Positions 46,209 to 56,377 of a stretch of DNA of 61,943 bases are shown here, piece after piece. The stretch spans positions 1 through 61,943 of the forward strand of contig CAZGCA010000028.1 in the NCBI GenBank assembly GCA_964524145.1, given 5' to 3'. The notes under the pieces are model-generated. The model was not told the DNA's origin, made no database searches, and was given only the letters and a program-made list of their open reading frames with translations. Numbering within the stretch: position 1 is the stretch's first letter; every line of letters begins with the position of its first letter. This DNA comes from an uncultured bacterium (lineage in GTDB: Bacteria > Hydrogenedentota > CAZGCA01). Both the position numbers and the translations under genes were made by a program.

Positions 46209-47654
46209 ATGCAGACAGTTCGAGTTTGTAAAGACAGGGTTACGCGCCTCGTTGGCCTCGATGAACGGAGGAATGAGTTCGGCGGATTCGCGCTGTTCGA
46301 CCGAGCCCGGAAAGCGTTGGGTTATCGCGGCAAAGTTGCATTCTGCGCTTTTCTGGCCGTCCTGCCACTGCCGACAGCTTCGCTCGCTCAAGGTCTGGAG
46401 GTTGAGCCGGTTCCCGTTTTCGTCGAACCTCGCGATATCTTGAGGACCACTGCACAACACTTCGAAGCCGAGGCCCAAGCGCTGAAGCTGGGAGGACCTG
46501 CGTTCCACAGGCCGCCGCCAATGACACATCCCGTGGTACTGGAGGCGCTGCAGAATGCTGAGGAGGTCCCGATCCCTCATGGGACGAAGATGCTGTACTT
46601 CAAGGGGGATGGCAGTAAGGAAAGCCAGGCGGCTGTGCTGGCGTCATTCCGCACGCCTCTTGCGTGCACAGGCGGCCTGGGTCCGAAAACTCGTTCCGCG
46701 AGTCTCCCCCGTCAGTATACAACCGTGGAGGTGCCCTGGGATGTATACGTCTTCCGTACGGAAAACGTGTTGTTTGGCGAAGCTCCCGATGAGTTTGAGG
46801 TGCGGTTCTTGACGCTGCCACAGCAAGGAGGCATCTCGGGCGCTTGGGATGTGCATCAGGTCGAGGAGAACGACCGCCTGTTGCTGCAACTGGAACTGCC
46901 GCAACAGGAGGATCCTGCCTACGTGGTGCCTGGCGGATATGGAGCGGCTTTTCTAAGTCCCGACCCGCCGACATACGGCACAGCCGGGAACATACCGGTT
47001 GACAGATTGCTTGACAAAGAGTTTGCTGCGGCGCTCAGGGATGTGGGTTACGTCAGGCAACATAAGGTGATTGACTACCTCTTTCACTCTTGGCGGCCGT
47101 TTGCAGGCCCGAAGACCTTGCACGAGCTCGAGAAGTTGTCTCATTCGCCCGATCCCTGGTTAGCCATACATGCCGAATCGGGACTCGCGCGTCGGGGCAG
47201 TGTAGAAGCCGCCCGAAGCATAGTCTCGCGAGTCTTGCGGAAAGACCATCCTCTTCCGGTGGATGCGCAGTGGCCAGTCAGTATGTGGCTTTGTGCAGGG
47301 ATTGGGATGGCTGGACAGGCAGGACTGATTTCCGAACTGATTCAGCTTATTGAATCACCGGAAGTGGACACCTGGCACAAAACGACTGCCATCTCGGTCG
47401 TTACCACAACCTCGGACCCACAGGCAATACCCGTGCTCGTACGGCTATTGGATTCAGAAAACAGAGCACTCCAATACGAGGCCGTCAGGCAGCTATACTG
47501 TTCCTTCGCAACCCGACCGTTCATGCAGGGAGCGAAAGACAGCTACTTCACTTTATCGGAAGAAGAGTTTCGGGAAGATGCTGACGCTTATCTGGATAAA
47601 TGGCGCGAGTGGTGGGAAGAGCAAGGCCGACAGGAATATGGGGAAGCAGACTAG
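46209..47654 (+). CDS. Hypothetical exported protein with C-terminal HEAT-like repeats
   Basis: 481-aa ORF, AAGGA RBS, hydrophobic segment VAFCAFLAVLPLPTASLAQ, AIPVLVRLLDSENRALQYEAVRQL, WREWWEE tail. Confidence 0.68.
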   Translation: MQTVRVCKDRVTRLVGLDERRNEFGGFALFDRARKALGYRGKVAFCAFLAVLPLPTASLAQGLEVEPVPVFVEPRDILRTTAQHFEAEAQALKLGGPAFHRPPPMTHPVVLEALQNAEEVPIPHGTKMLYFKGDGSKESQAAVLASFRTPLACTGGLGPKTRSASLPRQYTTVEVPWDVYVFRTENVLFGEAPDEFEVRFLTLPQQGGISGAWDVHQVEENDRLLLQLELPQQEDPAYVVPGGYGAAFLSPDPPTYGTAGNIPVDRLLDKEFAAALRDVGYVRQHKVIDYLFHSWRPFAGPKTLHELEKLSHSPDPWLAIHAESGLARRGSVEAARSIVSRVLRKDHPLPVDAQWPVSMWLCAGIGMAGQAGLISELIQLIESPEVDTWHKTTAISVVTTTSDPQAIPVLVRLLDSENRALQYEAVRQLYCSFATRPFMQGAKDSYFTLSEEEFREDADAYLDKWREWWEEQGRQEYGEAD

Positions 47655-47994
47655 CCTGACCGATCCTGAAGTGCGAAAGGATGGGGGGCCGGGGGGGCAG
47701 GTCTGACATTATGACATTTCGGACGATTACGGTCATCAATTCGGACCCTTTTCACTGAAATCGAGGTTCCTCAATAGCTCAATTCGGGAGACACCATGAT
47801 TATCTGCCGCCGATGCTGCAGGAGTCCGCGCGCATTTGGGACGCCATACGGAGCCATTTGCGCTGCTGGCAAATGTTGTTATGGGAAGATGATGCAAAGC
47901 GGTAAGGAGACTTGTTACCCCAGAGATGTGGGCAATTCGTCGTGTTCTTGTGTTCTCCGACGGGAGAAGTGTCGAATTGACCCCCAAGCAGATG

Positions 47995-48104
47995 TGGAGT
48001 GCGCAAGCTTGCTTGCGCTTTTATCAGGACCAAGCTTGCTTGAGTCCGGCTTATTGGACAGCAAGCTGTCCAACAGAACAGCGGTAGCAAGCTACCGCAC
48101 TCCA
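47995..48104. repeat. REPIN-like element (TGGAGTGCG...CGCACTCCA) with four GCTTGC/GCAAGC-core palindromes
   Basis: Terminal inverted repeats; 48037-48127 is an inverted near-copy of 56074-56166. Confidence 0.85.
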
Positions 48105-48263
48105 AAACAGCCACAGCGCAAATGCCTTATACGTGTGTTCTGTTGATTGAGACCAGCGACGATGGTATGCTGTGGGCGCGGCACATAAGGCGCGCGTGCT
48201 GCTGAGTTTTCTGGCCATTGCGTTCTTTTGGGAACAGTTCTGACGAGGGATGTCCGAGAACAG

Positions 48264-48419
48264 ATGAGCTTCTGGAAATCGATACGACAATGGTGGTGGC
48301 AGAAACGGTGCCCGAACGAATTCCTTTGTGACAATTGTGTTTATGACTACCAGTCAGCATGTTCTCGTCCGGAACGGCCAAACGCCCGTAAGTGTCCCGA
48401 CTACAAGCCGCGAAGATGA
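48264..48419 (+). CDS. Small Cys-rich protein (51 aa)
   Basis: MSFWKSIRQWWWQKRCPNEFLCDNCVYDYQSACSRPERPNARKCPDY; GAGG upstream; CxxC-x7-C-x10-C pattern. Confidence 0.6.
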   Translation: MSFWKSIRQWWWQKRCPNEFLCDNCVYDYQSACSRPERPNARKCPDYKPRR

Positions 48420-48514
48420 ATGCCGAGGCGAGTCATGTTTTCTTGTGTTGCATGCGAGGCGGCCCGGTGTGTACCCTCCAAATGAGAATCCCGAGAAGGA
48501 GTAGATAGACAGAG

Positions 48515-50395
48515 ATGACCGCAATGAGGTTTGAGAGACGCGACTTTCTCATCGCCACGACTGCGGGCGCATTCCTGGGTAGCCCGGGAACGGCCGTTGC
48601 TTCAACACCGGAGAAGCTTTTCGCCCGGGCAAGGGTGCAGACCGACGTGCTCGTGGCCGGCGGCGGACTGGCAGGCGTGTGTGCCGCGATTGCGGCAGCG
48701 CGCAACGGGGCATCGGTCGTCCTGGTGCAGGACCGGTCGCGGCTGGGAGGCAATTCGAGCAGCGAGATCCGGATGCACGCCTTAGGAGCAAACAACCCCG
48801 AAGAGCTCCGCCTGTGGCGCGAAACGGGAATCATCGAGGAGCTGAAGCTCACGGAATCGGCCACAAACCTGCAACGGTCGTTCCATGTGTGGGATCTCAT
48901 CCTCTACGATAAGGTTATCTCGGAACCGAACATCACGTTGATGCTCGATACCGCCGTCATCGGTGCGGAAGTACAAGACGGACGTATCACCCGGGTCAAC
49001 GCTATCAGTCCGTTGCTCGAGGAGTATTACGACATCGAGGCCGACTACTACATCGATTGTACGGGCGATGCGACCCTGGCCGCGGCAGCCGGCGCGGACC
49101 ACGTGCACGGGCGCGAAGGGCGGGACGTCTACGGCGAATCGCTGGCCCCCGAAACGTCCGACAGGAAGACGATGGGCAGCAGCCTGCTGTTCTTCGCCAA
49201 GGAACACGATCGTCCCATGCCGTTCGAAGCGCCGGACTGGGCCCGCACGTTCACGGAGGAAGACTTCCGCCACCGTAGCATCCGATCCTGGGAGTACGGG
49301 TACTGGTGGATCGAGTGGGGCGGCGAACTCGACACCATCAAAGACAACCGCGAGATACGCCGCGAACTGATGCGTATCCTCATGGGCGTCTGGGACTATA
49401 TCAAGAACAGCGGCAAACACCCGGAATCGGCCAACTGGGCGCTCGATTTCGTCGGCATGATCCCGGGCAAACGCGAGAGCCGCCGCGTTCTCGGCGACCA
49501 TGTGATGGTGCAACGGGAACTCGAGAGCGCGGTCCCCTACCCCGACCGTGTGGCATACGGCGGCTGGCCCATGGACGACCATCCACCGGGCGGCATCGAC
49601 CGCAACGACCTGAAACCCTGCACCCAGATCTATCTCAAGCAACCGTACCACATTCCGCTGCGCTCGCTGTACAGCAGGAACCGGCCCAACCTGCTGATGG
49701 CCGGCAGGGATATCAGCGCCTCGCACGTCGCGTTTTCATCGTCACGCGTCATGGCCACCTGTGCGACCATGGGCCAGGCGGCAGGTGCCGCGGCGGCGTT
49801 TTGCGGGGAACAACACTGTCTCCCCCGCGATATCGTGGCGGACGAGACACGGTTGCGTACGTTCCAGCAACGGCTCCTGAAAGACGACCAGTCGCTCATC
49901 GGTATTGCGAACGAGGACGAGGCCGATCTGGCACGGTGCGCCCGCATCACCTGTTCCGCGGAGACAAAGCAGGGCAAGGCGGTGAACGTGATCGACGGCT
50001 GGAACCGTGAGATCGGCGACGCCAGAACGCACCAGTGGCAGGCGGCGATGCAAGACGGCGAGCCATGGCTGCAACTCGAGTGGGACTCGCCGCAGACCAT
50101 TCGCACCGTGCAACTGACGTTCGATACCGGACTTAACCGGCTCCTGTTCCTGAGCGGTCAGGACAGCGCCTACCTGTCTCAGAAACGGGGCGCGCAACCG
50201 GAGACCGTCGCCGACTACCGCATCGAGGCGCAGGTCAACGGCAAACGTGTGACCGTCGCCCAAGCCAAGAACAACTTCCTCCGCATGGTACGGCATCCCA
50301 TCGAAGTAGTAACCACGAAAACCCTGCGTGTGTCTATTCAGCGCACGAACGGGGACCGCCTCGCGCGGGTGTTCGAGATCCGTTGTTACGGCTGA
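48515..50395 (+). CDS. Tat-exported FAD-dependent oxidoreductase with C-terminal discoidin/F5-8-like domain
   Basis: ERRDFL twin-arginine signal; GGGLAG.CAA.AAAR.G, LGGNSSSE, IDCTGD, KRESRR, AGR.IS..H.A.SS.RVM. Confidence 0.88.
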   Translation: MTAMRFERRDFLIATTAGAFLGSPGTAVASTPEKLFARARVQTDVLVAGGGLAGVCAAIAAARNGASVVLVQDRSRLGGNSSSEIRMHALGANNPEELRLWRETGIIEELKLTESATNLQRSFHVWDLILYDKVISEPNITLMLDTAVIGAEVQDGRITRVNAISPLLEEYYDIEADYYIDCTGDATLAAAAGADHVHGREGRDVYGESLAPETSDRKTMGSSLLFFAKEHDRPMPFEAPDWARTFTEEDFRHRSIRSWEYGYWWIEWGGELDTIKDNREIRRELMRILMGVWDYIKNSGKHPESANWALDFVGMIPGKRESRRVLGDHVMVQRELESAVPYPDRVAYGGWPMDDHPPGGIDRNDLKPCTQIYLKQPYHIPLRSLYSRNRPNLLMAGRDISASHVAFSSSRVMATCATMGQAAGAAAAFCGEQHCLPRDIVADETRLRTFQQRLLKDDQSLIGIANEDEADLARCARITCSAETKQGKAVNVIDGWNREIGDARTHQWQAAMQDGEPWLQLEWDSPQTIRTVQLTFDTGLNRLLFLSGQDSAYLSQKRGAQPETVADYRIEAQVNGKRVTVAQAKNNFLRMVRHPIEVVTTKTLRVSIQRTNGDRLARVFEIRCYG

Positions 50396-50601
50396 GACCC
50401 CAAACGCATCGGAGGAGAAAACTCACTAGCCGGCTTTTCTTACCAGATGGATGGTGAAGGTTATCGAAGCACAAGAAAGAAGCGCTAGGTTACGGGTAGA
50501 ATGAATGGCTGTGCCCCAGACAGACTGTCTTCCATCAGTTGTTGCAAGCGAGTTACTCGCATGACAACCAATCGCCAGATAAGCGCAACCACACTGCCAA
50601 G

Positions 50602-50810
50602 CCCCGCAGGGACGGTTGAGAATAGCCCAGGAGTTCACTCCTGGGAGAGCGGTGCGACGCAACAAGTGCTCAGTCCCATAGGGACGGCTGAAGCGGTTGT
50701 CGGGTTGCGCTTCTTTCAATCGTCACTACGGGACTCGACTGGCTCGGCGGGGTGCGCACTTGGTCCCAGGAATGAATTCCTGGGCTATTATCGGTCGTCC
50801 CCTACGGGAC
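50602..50810. repeat. REPIN-like element (GTCCC.TAGGGACG / CCCAGGAATTCATTCCTGGG family)
   Basis: Nested palindromes; related copy at 61823-61902. Confidence 0.8.
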
Positions 50811-50993
50811 GGATTCCGATAGGGAAACTGAAGCATGTGGCAAGTGTCTTGTTCTCGAAGGCTCTTTCGTTGAGAAACGCGGGCTGGACGCTCTCTACCA
50901 TTGAGCCAGACTTTCAGATCGGGTTTGCATGCAGGCTCAGCGTCTTCGAAGGTGAAGTGGCCGGCGACTCATGCAGGTCGCGTCAAAGGGGGA

Positions 50994-51863
50994 TTAGTCC
51001 AAACGGATGCCTTGCTTCTCGAACCAGGCTTTCAGGTCGCCCATTTCCGTGTCGAACACTTCCTCGTCGTAGTCGTCTTCCATCTTACGTATATGTTCGG
51101 CCAGTTCGTCGCGGTCCTCGAGCACCTCGTTCAGTGACGTTTCGAACTCTTCGCTCATGGTTTTCAGCTCTTCAGTGTCAATGGGCACGTCGAGAATGCC
51201 CGCGATCTTCTTGACGGCCGCTTCGACGCACTTGACATTCTTACCCTGCAGATACGCGGGTATCTCCGCGACAATGGTGGCCATGTCCAGGCCTTGCTGC
51301 TTCGCCAGCACCATCAAGTAGGTGACAATGCTGGCCGGACCTTCGTAGTTGGTGAGCCGCAGGCCGTGCTGTTGCAGGAAGGGTGTGAGCCGTTCGTCGG
51401 AGACGGACCCGTGGAACCGGGGTTCGCGCGTGTGCGGAACGAGGCCCGCAACACTGCCCACAAAGTAGATCATGGTGACATTAAACTGTGCAGCCAGAAA
51501 CAGAATGCACTCGGCATACTCTTTCCAGTGCAAGTTCGGTTCTTTGCCGGAGAAGAGCACGAGGTTGTGTTTCTCGCAACAGAAGAACGTGTTGGACGGC
51601 TCCTCATAGACGTCTATCACGCCGTCTTCTATCTTCGTATGCGGCCTGAAGAGTGTCGATATCTCCATCGAGCCGGGGAAATTGTAGATGTAGAACTCTC
51701 CGGGATCGATCTCAGCGACCTCTTGTGCTTCGAGCGTCTGTACGAGGTAATCGATCGTCCCGGTGGACGTATCGCCGCCATCCATCCAGCCGGATAGCGC
51801 GATCACCATACGAGCATCGTGCAACTTGGGTCGGTGGCGAATCTTCACAAACCGGTCCGGCAT
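50994..51863 (-). CDS. PAC2 (proteasome assembly chaperone 2) family protein
   Basis: GWMDGG, G.EPNLHW, VPHTREP, YEGPASI, IPAYL, acidic coiled-coil tail. Confidence 0.87.
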   Translation of the reverse strand: MPDRFVKIRHRPKLHDARMVIALSGWMDGGDTSTGTIDYLVQTLEAQEVAEIDPGEFYIYNFPGSMEISTLFRPHTKIEDGVIDVYEEPSNTFFCCEKHNLVLFSGKEPNLHWKEYAECILFLAAQFNVTMIYFVGSVAGLVPHTREPRFHGSVSDERLTPFLQQHGLRLTNYEGPASIVTYLMVLAKQQGLDMATIVAEIPAYLQGKNVKCVEAAVKKIAGILDVPIDTEELKTMSEEFETSLNEVLEDRDELAEHIRKMEDDYDEEVFDTEMGDLKAWFEKQGIRLD

Positions 51864-51920
51864 CGTGTCACCATATCGCTCGTTCGAGATTATCGGGCCC
51901 ACCGGCAGTATATCACTGTC

Positions 51921-54900
51921 CTAGACACCTAGTGCAATGTTGATAACAAGCTGAACGTCAAGGGCGTCGACGAAGCCGTCGCCGTTGAGGTCGCAGTCCC
52001 AACCGGTTTCGATACCCAACGCCTCGTTTATGACGAGTTGGACGTCGAGCGCGTCGACTCTCGAGTCTCTGTTGACATCTCCCGGCAGGCACACGTTAAG
52101 CAGATCTTCGACTGTTACGGTTGCCTGGCAAGTGGCGACATTACCGCTCGTGTCGGCCACGATCAGCGTTACCGTGTTCTCGCCGAGATCCGCGCAGGTG
52201 AACGTGCTCGGGACTGCCGTCATCGTCCGGATTTCGCAGTTGTCGGCGCTGCCGCCGTCTATGTCCGCGCCGGTGATGGCAGCGGTTCCCGCAGAATCAA
52301 GCTCGACGGTGATGTCCCGGCACACTGCTGTCGGGAGGATATTGTCCTCGACCGTCAAGGTTGCCTGACATGTCGAGATGTTACCGCTGGTGTCTTCGAC
52401 CGTCAGCGTTACGGTGTTCTTACCCAGGTCCGCGCAGGTGAATGTGTCGGGGTCAACGGTCACCGAGGCAACGCCGCAGTTGTCGGTGCTGCCGGCGTCC
52501 ACGTCCGCGCCGGTGATGGCTGCGGTTCCCGCAGCGTCCAGTTCCACAGTGATATCCTGGCACACGGGTACCGGTAGTATGTTGTCCTCGACCGTCACGG
52601 TTGCCTGGCATGTCGCGGGATTCCCGCTGGTGTCGACTACCGTGAGGGTTACCGTGTTCTCGCCGCGGTCCGCGCAGGTGAACGTGTCCGGTTCGACGGT
52701 CATCGAACTGATACCGCAGTTGTCGGTGCTGCCTCCGTCCACATCCACGGCTGTGATGGTTGCGGTTCCCGCAGGATCAAGCTCGACGGTGATATCCTGG
52801 CACACGACTGTTGGCGGAAGGTTGTCCTCGACTGTCACCGTCGCCTGACACGTGTCGGTGTGATCACCGACATCGGTCACCGTCAGTGTCACCGTGTTCT
52901 CGCCGAGGTCCGCGCAGGTGAACGTGTCCGGGTCGACCGTTAGCGAACTGATCTCACAGTCATCGGTGCTGCCGCCATCCACCTGTTGGCCGGTGATAGT
53001 CACGATTCCGGCAGAGTCAAGCTCCACGGTAATATCCTGGCAGACGGCGGTCGGCGGATTGACGTCTATGAACTCGTCCACGCCGATGTCGTAGAGGGCG
53101 TTGAACGGCCTGTCGTCACCGTCGAAATCGGTCGCCGGCGCACCGGTCGACGTTCCCGCGTCTCGTGCGGGGGAATCCCAGGGAATGTGGTAGTCGACGA
53201 TCCGGTACGTGTCGCCGTCGCTCACGATGTACGTCACGTTGCCCGCCACCTCGATAGTCATAGCCGTGTTGGCTGTAACAAGCGCCTGGAACCGCTGGGC
53301 GGTGTTGGGGTTTATGATCGTTCCCACCAGGGCGCCGGGCGCAAGAGACGCGCCCGTGTCGGTCAAGATAGTGCGGTTCGTTGCCGGGACATAGCTGGGC
53401 TCGTCCGTCCATGTGCCGCTGACTCCCATCTGAAACAACGGGTCGCCGTCAACATTGTCACTCGCCTCGTCCAGAGCGTTGATGGCTGCCGGACCCGTCA
53501 ACGCTGTCGTGCCTTCATCCCAATAATCCCCGTCCGAGTTGCCATGGAACAGGCAATAGGTCACGGCCGGATCGGAGTTCTCGCCACTTTCCCAGACCGC
53601 GAAGTTCCCGTTGTCCCTAAGAATGGTGTTCGTGATGGTCGGGCTTGCCACTGTGCAGTATACACCGCCGCCGGAACCCGATGCCCAATTGCTGTCTATC
53701 GTGCAGTTGATGAGCGTGGGGTTTGAGCCGCCACAGTATACGCCGCCGCCGCGCTCGGCTTCGTTACCGCTGATGGTGCAGTTAACGATCGTGGGGTTTG
53801 AATCGCCACAGAACACCCCGCCGCCGGAATAGGCCAGATTTCCGGTGATCGTGCAGTTCGTGATAGTCGGGTCGGACTCAAAGCAATATACCCCGCCGCC
53901 GCCGCTGCCCCATATCCTGGTCTTGTTTCCGGTGATGGTGCAGTTGGCGATCGTGTTGGTGCTGTCGACATTGGTGCAGTAGAAGCCGCTTCCATCATCG
54001 TGCGGTTTGGTGCCGTCCGCTGAGCCGCCGGTAATAGTGAACCCGTCGATCCGCGCATCGGTAATGCTGTCCATCACCACGACGTGGTCGGCGGGACCCC
54101 CGGCGTCGGCAGTGCTCCCGTCGATTATGGTCGGATGGGCGCCGATTGTCCGGTCGGTCTCCGGATCGAATGTAATGGGATCCTCCGTACCGGCAAGATC
54201 GCCGTAGACGAAGACGCCGGTCGCCAACGTTATGGATTCCTCGTACGTACCTTCAGCCACCCAGACCTGGCTGCCGGGGACGGCAACGTCAAGAGCCGCC
54301 TGGACTGTAGTGAAGGCGTCTTCCCAGGAAGCGCCCGTGCCCGCGCCCGTAGCGTTCTCGTCCACGCACAGAAGGGGGTACGTGGCCGGGTCGAGAGGAT
54401 TCGTCCCTGCACGGATCTCGGTATAGTCGCTGAACCCGTCGCCGTCGGTATCCGGTTTCTCAAAATCCAGGTCCGTTCCGGTCGGGTTTGTGACCGGGTC
54501 GAAAGGGTCATAGTCCCACGGGTTGCCGTCGTACCCCGTCTCGAACCGGTCGGAAAGCCTGTCGCCGTCCGTATCGAAAAACTCGTCCGCGCCTATGTCG
54601 TAGTCCGAGCCGTCACCGGTGCCGCCTGTGCCAAGGCCGTCCCCGTCGAAACCGCGCGTGTCGCCGTCGAAATCGTTCCCCGGCGCGCTGCTGTCGGTAC
54701 CGTAGTCAATAGCAGCCGAAGGGAACGCCAAGTGGTAGTCGACGACCTGATACGGGTCGCTATTGGCCGTAAACGTTGCGTCACCCACCACCTCGATGGT
54801 CGTCTCCGTGTTGGCAGTGATGACCATCTGGAACCACTCGAACGGTATGGGAGCGGGTGAGGGGGATGAGGTGGTACTGGGTTTGACGGCCGAACCCACC

Positions 54901-55934
54901 AGGAGGCCGGGCACGAAAGATGCCGCCGAATCGGTTAACGTCGTGCGGTTTGTTACCGGGTCCCAGCTGGGGTCTTCCGTCCATGTGCCCGCAGCGCCCA
55001 TCTGGAACAGAGGATCGCCGCTCACATTATCGCCCGCCTCGTCGAGTGTGTTGATCTCGGATGCGCCGTTGTAGGGTGTCGTCCCCTCGTCCCAGTAATC
55101 TCCTTCGGGGTTGTTGTAGAACAGACAGTATATCACGATTGGATCGGAGTTCTCATCGCCTTCCCAAACCGCGTAGTTCCCGTTGTCCGTAAGGACTGTG
55201 TTGATAAGGGTTGGATCCGACGTAGTGTAGCAGCATATCCCGCCGCCGCTGCCTTGCGCATAATTGCCGGTTATCGTGCAATTGACGATGAGTGGGTCCG
55301 CAGCAATGCAACACACTCCCCCGCCATAGCCACCGACGTTGCCGCTTATCGTGCAGTTGGCGATCGTAGGGTCTGAGTCGTTGCAGAGTATTCCGCCGCC
55401 GAACATGCCCCAGTTGCCGATAATGGTGCAGTAGGCGATCGTGTTGGTGTTGTTCGTGCTGGTGCACTGGATAGCACCACCGACCGGATCCGTAGTAGTG
55501 CTCATCTTTTGAGCACCGGTCATCGTGAACCCGCCGATCCGCGCGTTGGCGACCGTGTCCATGACAACCACATGGGCAGCAGGACCACCAGCGTCGGCAG
55601 TGCTTGCGTCGATGATGGTGGGATAGGCACCAATGATCCTGTCGGTCTCGGGGTCGAATATAACAGGATCCTCGGTACCGGCAAGACCGCCGTAGAGTCG
55701 TACGCCATTCGCCATCGTGATCCATTCTCTGTATACGCCTCCAGCCACCCAGACGTCGTCGCCGGCAGTTGTAGCGGCAGTAATGCCGGCCTGGATGGTA
55801 GTAAACGCGTCGGTCCAGGAATCGCCCGTGCCTGCGCCGGCAGCGTTCTCGGCCACGTACCAGACCTCCCCAAACGCGATGTGACTGTGAGCCAGAACAA
55901 CAACTGCGGTGAGTAAGAAGGCTATTCGTTTCAT
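51921..55934 (-). CDS. Large secreted multidomain protein: two right-handed beta-helix modules, Ca-binding DxDxDG repeats, four HYR-like domains, C-terminal dockerin-like domain
   Basis: Signal peptide MKRIAFLL; NCTI.GN...GGG repeats; DIGADE; DTDGDG; GDVNRD..VDALDVQLVIN..LG twice; GGAGGAG RBS. Confidence 0.88.
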   Translation of the reverse strand: MKRIAFLLTAVVVLAHSHIAFGEVWYVAENAAGAGTGDSWTDAFTTIQAGITAATTAGDDVWVAGGVYREWITMANGVRLYGGLAGTEDPVIFDPETDRIIGAYPTIIDASTADAGGPAAHVVVMDTVANARIGGFTMTGAQKMSTTTDPVGGAIQCTSTNNTNTIAYCTIIGNWGMFGGGILCNDSDPTIANCTISGNVGGYGGGVCCIAADPLIVNCTITGNYAQGSGGGICCYTTSDPTLINTVLTDNGNYAVWEGDENSDPIVIYCLFYNNPEGDYWDEGTTPYNGASEINTLDEAGDNVSGDPLFQMGAAGTWTEDPSWDPVTNRTTLTDSAASFVPGLLVGSAVKPSTTSSPSPAPIPFEWFQMVITANTETTIEVVGDATFTANSDPYQVVDYHLAFPSAAIDYGTDSSAPGNDFDGDTRGFDGDGLGTGGTGDGSDYDIGADEFFDTDGDRLSDRFETGYDGNPWDYDPFDPVTNPTGTDLDFEKPDTDGDGFSDYTEIRAGTNPLDPATYPLLCVDENATGAGTGASWEDAFTTVQAALDVAVPGSQVWVAEGTYEESITLATGVFVYGDLAGTEDPITFDPETDRTIGAHPTIIDGSTADAGGPADHVVVMDSITDARIDGFTITGGSADGTKPHDDGSGFYCTNVDSTNTIANCTITGNKTRIWGSGGGGVYCFESDPTITNCTITGNLAYSGGGVFCGDSNPTIVNCTISGNEAERGGGVYCGGSNPTLINCTIDSNWASGSGGGVYCTVASPTITNTILRDNGNFAVWESGENSDPAVTYCLFHGNSDGDYWDEGTTALTGPAAINALDEASDNVDGDPLFQMGVSGTWTDEPSYVPATNRTILTDTGASLAPGALVGTIINPNTAQRFQALVTANTAMTIEVAGNVTYIVSDGDTYRIVDYHIPWDSPARDAGTSTGAPATDFDGDDRPFNALYDIGVDEFIDVNPPTAVCQDITVELDSAGIVTITGQQVDGGSTDDCEISSLTVDPDTFTCADLGENTVTLTVTDVGDHTDTCQATVTVEDNLPPTVVCQDITVELDPAGTATITAVDVDGGSTDNCGISSMTVEPDTFTCADRGENTVTLTVVDTSGNPATCQATVTVEDNILPVPVCQDITVELDAAGTAAITGADVDAGSTDNCGVASVTVDPDTFTCADLGKNTVTLTVEDTSGNISTCQATLTVEDNILPTAVCRDITVELDSAGTAAITGADIDGGSADNCEIRTMTAVPSTFTCADLGENTVTLIVADTSGNVATCQATVTVEDLLNVCLPGDVNRDSRVDALDVQLVINEALGIETGWDCDLNGDGFVDALDVQLVINIALGV
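52105..53064 (-). repeat. Four tandem 240-nt coding repeats (HYR-like domains)
   Basis: P..VCQDITVELD..G...ITG..VD.GSTDNC recurs every 240 nt. Confidence 0.9.
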
Positions 55935-55957
55935 CGGACCACGCTCCTCCTGCAACA

Positions 55958-56100
55958 GTAGTGACCGCGAACACGTGCTGCTGTCACCGACCGGGAAGCA
56001 CACCACCCGCCCAGTGTCGTAGCGTTATGATACAGCAGTCCTGCTGCCACTTGTCAACACGACCCCGGCGCTGAGGCATTTGCGTTGTGGCAGTTCTCTG
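55958..56100. repeat. Direct repeat B1 (5' UTR + promoter region of the large surface-protein gene)
   Basis: Ungapped alignment to 57789-57931 (offset 1831); contains minus-strand TTGACA...TATCAT. Confidence 0.9.
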
Positions 56101-56166
56101 GAGTGCGGTAGCTTGCTACCGCTTTTCAACCGGACAGCTTGCTGTCCAACAAGCCGGACTCAAGCA
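56100..56166. repeat. Truncated GGAG-type REP/REPIN
   Basis: ggagtgcggtagcttgctaccgc...ggacagcttgctgtcc; same family as 47995-48104. Confidence 0.8.
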
Positions 56167-56377
56167 CTTCCCGCCTGCGCGGGGACAAAGCTCGTCGGCA
56201 TCATTGCCATCTTCATCCTTCGCTCTTCATACTTCTCAATTCTTAATTCTCTCCCCCCCCTTCCTCCAGCCGCAGGAAATGCACCCGCCAATGAAATCCT
56301 GGGGGTTCGAGAATATGGGTGTTTTGTGGCCATGGCAAAATCGACACTTCATCGATGGCCGCGAATTCGTAGGCACC

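Noticed and set aside
47796-48146. Cys-rich 116-aa ORF
   Set aside because: Its second half is translated REPIN sequence and no recognisable motif is present; likely non-coding.
50501-51214. 237-aa plus-strand ORF
   Set aside because: Runs through REP palindromes and antisense to the PAC2 gene; no coding signal.
51921-52090. Cellulosome component
   Set aside because: A dockerin-like motif alone is not enough; no cohesin scaffoldin or cellulase domain is seen in the window.
52105-53064. Regularly spaced repeats as a possible CRISPR array
   Set aside because: The 240-nt period is in frame and encodes HYR-like domains; no unique spacers and no cas genes.
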